Origin: a bacterium
Lineage (GTDB): Bacteria; Krumholzibacteriota; Krumholzibacteriia; LZORAL124-64-63
Length of the DNA stretch: 64,000 bases
Assembly: GCA_018814885.1 (NCBI GenBank)
Contig: JAHIYU010000072.1
Span: 2,211-66,210 of the forward strand
Direction of reading: 5' to 3'
Shown: positions 18,961 through 26,414 of the stretch, one piece after another
Layout of the letters: every line of letters begins with the position of its first letter
How positions within the stretch are numbered: position 1 is the first letter of the stretch
Notes under the pieces: model-generated
Told to the model about the DNA's origin: nothing
Databases searched by the model: none
Seen by the model: the letters and a program-made list of their open reading frames with translations, nothing else
Translations under genes and position numbers: made by a program

Positions 18961-20253
18961 ATGCAAAGAGACGACTACCAACAGGAATGGCTCACTCTCG
19001 ACAACGCGGCCAGGATTTACCCCGCGTCCCTCTCTGAGTGGTCTCCGGACGTGTACCGGATCTCCGTGACGTTCGGGGCGCCCATTCGGGTCTCCGCGCT
19101 CGATTCGGCCCTGCGGACGGTGTTTCCGAGGTTTCCCTACTTTCAGGTCCATCTCCGGCGGGGTCTGTTCTGGTATTACCTGCAGCGTGACGACGAGATC
19201 CCGGAGCTGTGTCCCATGAGCGGCGTTCCTGTCTCCGTGATGCCCATGCAAAGAGGAAGCTGCCACCTTCTCCGGGTGCAGGCCAGGGGGGCGACGATAG
19301 CGGTCGATTTCTCGCACGTCCTGACCGACGGTGCGGGAGCGCTGCGTTTCCTCGGAACCCTGGCGACCCAGTATCTTCGTCTGCGGGGCGTTCGTGTCAC
19401 GCGCTGGGAGCCATTCCTCGATCCCGATGAACCGCCATCGCCGGGTGAATACGAGGATGCCTACAACAAGTATTTCGACAGGGGCTTGCCCGGGCCGTCG
19501 AGACTGTCAGCGGCCTATCATCTTCCCGGGGAGGCCCAGTCGCGTTTCCGCGTCATCACCGGACGAATGCCGGTCGGTGACATGCTCGCCCTGGCCCGCG
19601 GACACCGGGTCAGCCTGACCACCTATCTGGTCGCTCTGTACATGCACTCGCTGGCGCAGGTCCGCGATTCCGGCACGGACAAGGAGGGGAAGACCGGAAG
19701 CGGGATTCTGCGTGTCGAGGTGCCCGTCGATATGCGCCGACTCTATCCCTCCGAAACCATGCGCAACTTCTCGCTGTTCGTCTCCCCGGAGATCGACATG
19801 GGTCTTGGCGCCTACAGCTTCGATGAAATCGTCCAGAGGGTTCACCACAGCATGAGCATGCAGGTGGACCGGAAGGAGCTGGCCCGGCAGATCGCCCGCA
19901 ACGTGCGCGCCGAGCGGAATCCGTTCATTCGGATCATGCCGCTCTTTCTCAAGGACCTGCTGTTCTCGTACGTGCGGGAGCGGATCGGCGAGAGTCCGTA
20001 TTCCGGCGTGATCACGAATCTCGGCCGGATCGCGGTGCCCGAGGGCATCGATACGCACGTCGAGTCATTCGGTGTCATGCTGGGGCCGAATCCGCGGATG
20101 AAGAAGAACTGTGCGGTGCTCAGCTTCCGGGACGATCTGTACATCAACTTCGGAAGCGTGATCGAGAGCCGGGATCTGGAGAGGTTGTTCTTCGCGCATA
20201 TGGCTCGGGCTGGCGTGCGTGTGATCGTGGCCGAAAGGAGCAGTGACACATGA
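18961..20253 (+). CDS. Condensation-domain-like / WS-DGAT-like acyltransferase (HxxxDG active-site motif)
   Basis: SHVLTDGAGALRF matches the HxxxDG catalytic motif of the condensation / alcohol-acyltransferase superfamily. About 430 aa. Stop overlaps the next start (ATGA). Confidence 0.5.
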   Translation: MQRDDYQQEWLTLDNAARIYPASLSEWSPDVYRISVTFGAPIRVSALDSALRTVFPRFPYFQVHLRRGLFWYYLQRDDEIPELCPMSGVPVSVMPMQRGSCHLLRVQARGATIAVDFSHVLTDGAGALRFLGTLATQYLRLRGVRVTRWEPFLDPDEPPSPGEYEDAYNKYFDRGLPGPSRLSAAYHLPGEAQSRFRVITGRMPVGDMLALARGHRVSLTTYLVALYMHSLAQVRDSGTDKEGKTGSGILRVEVPVDMRRLYPSETMRNFSLFVSPEIDMGLGAYSFDEIVQRVHHSMSMQVDRKELARQIARNVRAERNPFIRIMPLFLKDLLFSYVRERIGESPYSGVITNLGRIAVPEGIDTHVESFGVMLGPNPRMKKNCAVLSFRDDLYINFGSVIESRDLERLFFAHMARAGVRVIVAERSSDT

Positions 20254-20951
20254 ATCTCTGCAAGCACTGCGGTGTGGAGGTCGAGGAGGATGCGCGCTAC
20301 TGTCCCCTGTGCCGCAATCCGTTCCGGCCCGGGATGGACGGCGAGAAGAAGGAACCGGCGCCACCTTCGCGCGATCCGCAGAAGGCGAATCGGCGCATCC
20401 GCCGCTGGCTGCTGGAGGTTCTCTCCCTGCTGGCCGTGACCGGCGCCCTCGTGGTGTTCGCGGCGGACTTCATCTCCGGCATGTCTCTCTCCTGGGCACA
20501 CTACCCGCTGGCCTCGATCGCGTTCCTGTGGCTTTCGGCCGTCCTGCTGATACTCTGCTCATCCCGCGCATGGATCTACCTGCCGGCCGAGATCGTTGCC
20601 GCCGGCCTGTTCATCTTCATGCTGGACCGGTTCACGCCGGGACCGGCCTGGTTTCTTCCCCTGGCCCTGCCTGTTCTGCTCCTGATCGGGACGGTTCTCG
20701 CACTCACTCTCACGATCGTACGGAAACTCGATCTCTCACCCTTCGCGACCATCGCGACGGCGATGCTGGCCGCCGGGGCATTCGCCGTGGGGCTCGAACT
20801 GCTGCTCAACCGCTACTTCGATCACCGCTGGTTCGTCAGCTGGTCTGCCTTGGCATGCGTGTGCATGTTGCCCCTCGTGCTGCTCCTGCTTTACCTGCGG
20901 AAGTGGCTCAAGGAGAGACAGGCGGAGATCCGGAAGATGCTTCATATGTAG
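20250..20951 (+). CDS. Zinc-ribbon domain membrane protein
   Basis: N-terminal CKHCG...CPLCRN (CxxC-x13-CxxC) followed by about five TM helices. Translationally coupled to the acyltransferase. Confidence 0.55.
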   Translation: MNLCKHCGVEVEEDARYCPLCRNPFRPGMDGEKKEPAPPSRDPQKANRRIRRWLLEVLSLLAVTGALVVFAADFISGMSLSWAHYPLASIAFLWLSAVLLILCSSRAWIYLPAEIVAAGLFIFMLDRFTPGPAWFLPLALPVLLLIGTVLALTLTIVRKLDLSPFATIATAMLAAGAFAVGLELLLNRYFDHRWFVSWSALACVCMLPLVLLLLYLRKWLKERQAEIRKMLHM

Positions 20952-21089
20952 GGCGCGTGAATCGACCCTCCTGGACATCCCGGATGTGCTATGCCCAGTA
21001 GAGGTGTTGGGATGATCCGCGCGAGTGACGGAAAGAGAATCGACCCCGTCCTCGCCAGGAGAACGGGGCCATGATCAAACTCGAGCCGC

Positions 21090-21105
21090 CGGGCCGTCAG
21101 GCCCG
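21090..21105 (-). terminator. Possible intrinsic terminator hairpin after the RRM gene
   Basis: CGGGCC-gtca-GGCCCG stem-loop 12 nt past the stop. Only a weak T-tract on the transcribed strand. Confidence 0.25.
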
Positions 21106-21116
21106 ATCGACCGCGT

Positions 21117-21386
21117 TTACCATTGGGAACCGCTGCGCGGTTCGCGCGGGCGCGCCTCGTTGACGTTCAACGCGCGACCTTCGACTTCCTTGCCGTTGAG
21201 GGCCTGGATGGCCTGCATGGCGGCGTTGTCGTCGGTCATCTCCACGAAGCCGAAGCCCCGGGAGCGATCGGTGTCGCGGTCCATGACTACCTTGGCGCTC
21301 ATGACTTCACCGTGCGGGGCGAAGACGGCGGCAAGATCGCGGTCGTTGCTGTTGAAGCTGAGGTTACCCACATAGATCTTCTTCAC
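21117..21386 (-). CDS. RRM-type RNA-binding protein (glycine-rich Rbp-like)
   Basis: RNP-2 IYVGNL and RNP-1 RGFGFVEM motifs. 89 aa. Preceded by a long AT-richer leader. Confidence 0.85.
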   Translation of the reverse strand: MKKIYVGNLSFNSNDRDLAAVFAPHGEVMSAKVVMDRDTDRSRGFGFVEMTDDNAAMQAIQALNGKEVEGRALNVNEARPREPRSGSQW

Positions 21387-21623
21387 AAAACACTTCCTTG
21401 GAACGTGCGGGGATCGGCTTCGTATCCATTATCGGTTCTTTGGGCCGTATCCCAACAAAAAGGGACTGGCGGGGTCGCCAGTCCACAGGCCCAAGTTAAG
21501 GGATCTTCCAGGCGGCGCAAGGCGTATCTTATTTATTTTCAAACAATTTTACGAGACGCCCGCCCGTTGCGGAGCTAACGTGTTGGTGTCAAGCAAGACC
21601 GGCGATCCAGATCGGAGCCTACC

Positions 21624-23096
21624 TTGAACATCCTGCTGGTGGAGCCCCGCACACCGGAAACCTTCTGGAGCCTGCGCCACGCGCTGCGCTTCGTGGGCAA
21701 GCGAGCGGCCAATCCCCCCCTCGGGCTGCTGACTGTGGCCGGTCTGCTGCCGCGCGACTGGTCGTACCGGCTCGTGGACCAGAACACCAACGACCTCGCC
21801 GACGCGGACATCCGCTGGGCCGACTACGTGCTCGTCAGCGCCATGGTGATCCATCGCGACGAGGTGAGCGAACTCGTCCGGCGCTGCCGCGCTGCCGGCA
21901 GGCCGCTGATCGGCGGCGGCCCGTTGTTCCATGCCGAGGCCGATGACGATCTGGGTGTCGAGCACGTGGTGGTGGGAGAGGCCGAGGAGTTGGCCGCCGA
22001 GCTGGCCGCCGACATGGACGGTGGCCGAGTCAAGTCGCTCTACCGGGCGCCGCGGTTCCCCGACCTCGCGCTCACGCCGCCGCCGCGGTGGGATCTGGTC
22101 GATCTGCGCCACTACGCCACTCTGTCCGTGCAGTCGTGTCGCGGCTGTCCATACGATTGCGAGTTTTGCGACGTGGTGGCGCTCAACGGCCACAAGCCGC
22201 GCCACAAGTCGGCGGTCCAATTCATCGCCGAATTGGAATGCTTGCGTACCAAGGGGTGGCGCGGACCCGTGTTCATCGTGGACGACAACTTCATCGGCGA
22301 CAAGCGGCGTTGCCGCGAACTACTGCACGCCCTTGTCGACTGGCGGACGCGCACGGGTGCACGCATGACTTTCCTTACCGAGGCCTCGGTCAACATGGCC
22401 GGCGAACCCGAGTTGCTGGAGCTCATGGTCGCCGCCGGCTTCAAGAAGGTCTTTCTGGGCCTGGAGACGCCCAGCACCGAGAGCCTGCGCGAGTGCCGAA
22501 AGCTGCAGAACCTGCGCGGCGACCTCGCCGAGAGCGTGCGGACCATCCAAGAGGCCGGCCTGGAGGTCATGAGCGGCTTCATCGTGGGCTTCGACAGCGA
22601 CGAGACGGACATCTTTCAGCGCCAGTTCGAGTTCATCCAGAACGCCGGTGTCGTTACCGCCATGGTGGGTCTGCTGCAGGCGCTGCCACGCAGCCGCCTT
22701 TATCGGCGGCTGGCCGGCGAAGGGCGGTTGCGCAGCGTCAGCCGGGGCGACAATACGAGCGCCGTCTTCAATTTCGCGCCGCGACTTGATCCCGAATTCC
22801 TGGTGGAGAATTACCGGCGTCTCATGTGCCGGCTCTACGAGCCGCGCAACTATTATCGGCGCATTCGCACTTTTCTCGCCGCGCATCGCATGCGCGGACC
22901 GCCTGAAGTGCTGACGTGGCGGGATGTAGGAGCGATCTTCAAGTCGTTCTGGATCATAGGCGTCATCCACCGCGGCCGCCGCGCCTACTGGCACTTCCTG
23001 GCTGCGACGCTCGTGCGTCACCCCGGTCAGATCGGCGTGGCCATCACGCTCGCCATCACGGGCCATCACTTTCGCCTGGTGGCTGCGGGGCTTTAG
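21624..23096 (+). CDS. B12-binding domain radical SAM protein (DUF4070-containing)
   Basis: N-terminal cobalamin-binding Rossmann-like region. CRGCPYDCEFC supplies the CxxxCxxC 4Fe-4S motif. Conserved C-terminal extension. TTG start. Confidence 0.75.
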   Translation: MNILLVEPRTPETFWSLRHALRFVGKRAANPPLGLLTVAGLLPRDWSYRLVDQNTNDLADADIRWADYVLVSAMVIHRDEVSELVRRCRAAGRPLIGGGPLFHAEADDDLGVEHVVVGEAEELAAELAADMDGGRVKSLYRAPRFPDLALTPPPRWDLVDLRHYATLSVQSCRGCPYDCEFCDVVALNGHKPRHKSAVQFIAELECLRTKGWRGPVFIVDDNFIGDKRRCRELLHALVDWRTRTGARMTFLTEASVNMAGEPELLELMVAAGFKKVFLGLETPSTESLRECRKLQNLRGDLAESVRTIQEAGLEVMSGFIVGFDSDETDIFQRQFEFIQNAGVVTAMVGLLQALPRSRLYRRLAGEGRLRSVSRGDNTSAVFNFAPRLDPEFLVENYRRLMCRLYEPRNYYRRIRTFLAAHRMRGPPEVLTWRDVGAIFKSFWIIGVIHRGRRAYWHFLAATLVRHPGQIGVAITLAITGHHFRLVAAGL

Positions 23097-23552
23097 GTCG
23101 CATTTGCGTGATCATGATCCTCGTGGCAATCACGGCGCTCGCGTGTCCATACGCTCCATGGTATTCCGACCGGCTGGGGCGTCGGCAGTTACCTGAGCCG
23201 GGCATTCTGGCGTCCGTTCTTAACACCATCTCAGATCCGGGTTCTATGTGCGTCCCACCCGTGGAGAGTGCTAAAACCCGACTCGTGGATCCAAGGCAGT
23301 CTTGAAATCGAAGAGGGTCTGCCCGGGCGTCTCGGCAAGTACGATCTGGCTTTGCATCCGGACAAGGCCTGGCTGGTGGACTTCCTGCGACATGACCGGG
23401 GAAACCCGGCAATAACGATCACAGCAACGACTGGACTAACAGTGGTGGCCCGACCACAGGGGAACGCCCTCTGCGCGGGGAGAATGATCCCCAGGGTGTG
23501 CTATACTGTCGCCGAAACCAGATCAGTCGCTACGAACCGGTTCACGGTCTGA

Positions 23553-24803
23553 GTGCAGAAAATGGAAGCCATGGCGTCGGTCGGAAACTCGCATGTTGCC
23601 AAGCTGAGCCGGAAAAAGCGTTTCCTTTATTCCGTTACCTTGGTCGTCATTCCCGTGCTTGCGCTGGAACTGGGATTGAGAGCTGTATTCGCCTATCACG
23701 AGGGGTCCAGCATCCTGTTCTACGGCACCAGCTTCTATCGCAATCAGATGAACGGGGATCCACATTTGGAAACCATGAACCACCGGGAAGCTTACTGGAA
23801 GTATTATCCTCACCAGCAAAGATATACACGAGACAAGGAGACCGGGAAGCGCATATCCATCACGATTAATAATCATGGCTTCCGGGGTGAGGATTTCTCC
23901 GTTCAGAAACCGCCTCACACGATACGCATCATCACCCTGGGGGCCTCGTCAACGTTCGGTTTTTCCGATCGGGATGAAGAGACTTACCCTTGTTACATGG
24001 AACAGATGTTGAATAGTCAATGTGATGGAGCCGATCGCTACGAGGTCATAAACCTCGGCATACCTCACCTGAAGTCCGATCAGATCCTGGCGCTGTTCCT
24101 GGGCGAGGGACTGGCGCTACAGCCTGACGTGGTCACGTTTTACGAGGGGGTGAATGACAGTTGGGACAGCCCGGTCAGGTGGAGGGTTTTGAAGAACTCG
24201 GTCCCAGGTATCCGAAATCGTGCGCGGCGTTTCCCCATCCCGCATCGTTTCTACCTTGTCTTGCGGGATCATTTCATGGTCATCCTGCTCGCGGATCAGC
24301 TGTTCAGGAACCGTGACATGCGATTCACCGATGATGATTTCGAGGCACACGCCAAGGGTAAGAGTGATTACTTCGTGCAGAATCTAGCCGGGATCCGCAA
24401 GGCGTGCCTGCAGAACGACATTCTCTTCATCGTCGCGAGCCAGCAGGCGAAATCGTTCATCGTCGATCGGGATGACATACGCGGAATGACCTACGAGCAG
24501 GAAGGGGGAATAGTGGGGAGAAAGCTCGCCCGGGAGCACCACATCACGGACCATGAACTCTACTTCTTGACCCACACGAAAATCATGCAGGCTGAAGCGG
24601 AATGGGCTCGAGCCAACGCCGTGCATTACGTCGACATCATCAGGACCCTGGATCAACGCCGGGATGTGCTGCTGAGCTGGGTGCATCTCAGCGCCGAGGG
24701 CAATCGTCTCGTCGCGGAAGCCCTCACGTCCGAAATCATGGAGCTCATGTGCCAGGAAGCCGACACGCTGAACCGAAAGACGCATGGCAGCCAGCTTCCA
24801 TGA
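23553..24803 (+). CDS. SGNH/GDSL-family hydrolase (predicted membrane-anchored); low-GC gene
   Basis: N-terminal TM helix. Block I ITLGASSTFG (GDS-like Ser). Late HLSAEGN block (DxxH-like). GC about 50% against about 70% background. Confidence 0.55.
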   Translation: MQKMEAMASVGNSHVAKLSRKKRFLYSVTLVVIPVLALELGLRAVFAYHEGSSILFYGTSFYRNQMNGDPHLETMNHREAYWKYYPHQQRYTRDKETGKRISITINNHGFRGEDFSVQKPPHTIRIITLGASSTFGFSDRDEETYPCYMEQMLNSQCDGADRYEVINLGIPHLKSDQILALFLGEGLALQPDVVTFYEGVNDSWDSPVRWRVLKNSVPGIRNRARRFPIPHRFYLVLRDHFMVILLADQLFRNRDMRFTDDDFEAHAKGKSDYFVQNLAGIRKACLQNDILFIVASQQAKSFIVDRDDIRGMTYEQEGGIVGRKLAREHHITDHELYFLTHTKIMQAEAEWARANAVHYVDIIRTLDQRRDVLLSWVHLSAEGNRLVAEALTSEIMELMCQEADTLNRKTHGSQLP

Positions 24804-24885
24804 TGTCCCGGTCGAATTGAACATGCCCTGGCTTCGCGGACACCAGACCGCGCCGGGTTCTGATCCGCTTGACGATGCGCGGCCG

Positions 24886-25365
24886 TCACTGCCGATGCAG
24901 ATGCTCCGTGTCGTAGTGGACGCTCAGGGCGTCGAGCGCCGTCCGCAGGGCCGCCACGTAATCCAGGCTCGTATTCTGCTTCGTCTTCATGGCGGCGGCC
25001 ATAACCGCGTGGTGGTCGGCCAGCCCGGCCAGGTAGGCGTCGCGGCCCTCCTGCCCGGCGGCCACGGGCTTGACCTTCTGGGTCAGGAAGTACTCGGACA
25101 CGACGGAGATGATGTTCGACGCGTGCTCCTCCTTGGTGGCGACCCAGCGGGCGAGCTGGTTGGCGCTCTGGACTTCGATATTTCCCGCCAACTCCGCCAT
25201 CTGGGCCATGGCCTTCTCGATGGTCGCGGCGTCCTCGTACATGCGGGCGATGCGCGCGGCGTCGTCGTAGATGCCGCAGGGCACCTGGCAGTGCGCGCTC
25301 GCGAGGCCGGGGGCGGCGGCGAGCAGGACGAGGGCGAGCAGGATCGTCACGGTCGTTCTGGACAT
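24886..25365 (-). CDS. sodN: Nickel-containing superoxide dismutase (NiSOD) with Sec-type signal peptide
   Basis: Ni-hook HCQVPCGIYDD (compare HCDLPCGVYDP of Streptomyces SodN) immediately after an AxA signal-peptidase site (LASA|HC). Start chosen at the Met with an AAGGAGAAG RBS. Confidence 0.85.
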   Translation of the reverse strand: MSRTTVTILLALVLLAAAPGLASAHCQVPCGIYDDAARIARMYEDAATIEKAMAQMAELAGNIEVQSANQLARWVATKEEHASNIISVVSEYFLTQKVKPVAAGQEGRDAYLAGLADHHAVMAAAMKTKQNTSLDYVAALRTALDALSVHYDTEHLHRQ

Positions 25366-25471
25366 ATTCTTCTCCTTCATCTCGGAATTGCGCCGGATGG
25401 TACGGTGGCGGTCACAATGTAGGCCCAAGCCGGTTTCCGGCCAGGGATCGTCGTGCGGGGTCGTCGCTGCC

Positions 25472-25490
25472 GCGCGCGCCGGGCGCGCGC
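25472..25490. promoter_or_regulatory. 19-bp perfect GC palindrome (GCGCGCGCC-G-GGCGCGCGC) in the sodN / porin divergent intergenic region
   Basis: Read directly from the sequence. About 107 bp upstream of the sodN start and about 134 bp upstream of the divergent porin-like gene. Confidence 0.3.
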
Positions 25491-25623
25491 CAGTTGCGCC
25501 GGCGGGTATGACGGTGCTTCTTTGCAGCTGATCTTCCAGCCGCGCAGGGATTCACGGTCTCGCGGGTACAGAGACGTGCCGCTTCCTGCTCGGACCCGGC
25601 TCCCCGATTCCGGAGTAACGATC

Positions 25624-26349
25624 ATGTCGAGAACCAGCCTCACGATCGCCCTGCTGACCGCCCTCGGTCACGCCGGCGGCGCGGCCCGGGCCCAGATCGA
25701 GTTCGACTTCGGCTTCCTGGCCGGGGCCAGCCTGAGCACCATCTCCGGCGACACCGGTCTGATCTTCGCGGGACCGGAGTTCGACGACTTCGACAACCTG
25801 ACCGGCGATCTCGACGGGGCCAAGCTGGGGATGACCATGGGTGTCTTCATGGCCGCGAACATCGACCGTGATGTGAGCGTCCGCATCGAAGCCCTCTACA
25901 ACGAGCTGGGCGGCAAGGGCTCGTACGCGGGCTCGACATTCATCGACGGGCTGGGCGACACCGATCTCTCGGGCAACGTGTCGATGAAGACGGCCTACCT
26001 GGAGTTCCCCGCGCTGGTACTCTTCCCGCTGCCCGTCCTGCCGCCGCAGCAGTGGCGGGGGATGCTGGGCATGGCGATCTGTTTCGCGGCGACTTCCGAG
26101 CTGCGGGTCGATTCGGCGATCAACGGCTACGCCTACTCGGATCCGCTGTCCTACGACGACCGCGTCCAGGACGTGACGTATCACGGAATCGTGGGGCTCG
26201 AGTACACCGCCTACGTGAAGGAAACCCCCTTCCTGCTGGGCTTGCGCTACGAGATCGGACTCAGGAGGTTCGACACCGGCATCGGCGGCGACCCCGACCA
26301 GGAGTACATGCATCGGAGCTTCGTCGCGACGCTGGGGATCCCCTTCTGA
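25624..26349 (+). CDS. Outer-membrane beta-barrel protein (OmpW/OmpA-like barrel family)
   Basis: Signal peptide MSRTSLTIALLTALGHAGGAARAQ. Alternating-strand pattern. C-terminal ...FVATLGIPF ending in Phe. Confidence 0.6.
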   Translation: MSRTSLTIALLTALGHAGGAARAQIEFDFGFLAGASLSTISGDTGLIFAGPEFDDFDNLTGDLDGAKLGMTMGVFMAANIDRDVSVRIEALYNELGGKGSYAGSTFIDGLGDTDLSGNVSMKTAYLEFPALVLFPLPVLPPQQWRGMLGMAICFAATSELRVDSAINGYAYSDPLSYDDRVQDVTYHGIVGLEYTAYVKETPFLLGLRYEIGLRRFDTGIGGDPDQEYMHRSFVATLGIPF

Positions 26350-26414
26350 GTCGCCGGCGGTTCGCCGCTCCCGCCCCGACGTCCGGTTTGCCATGATCCC
26401 GTCCGCTTGCTAGG

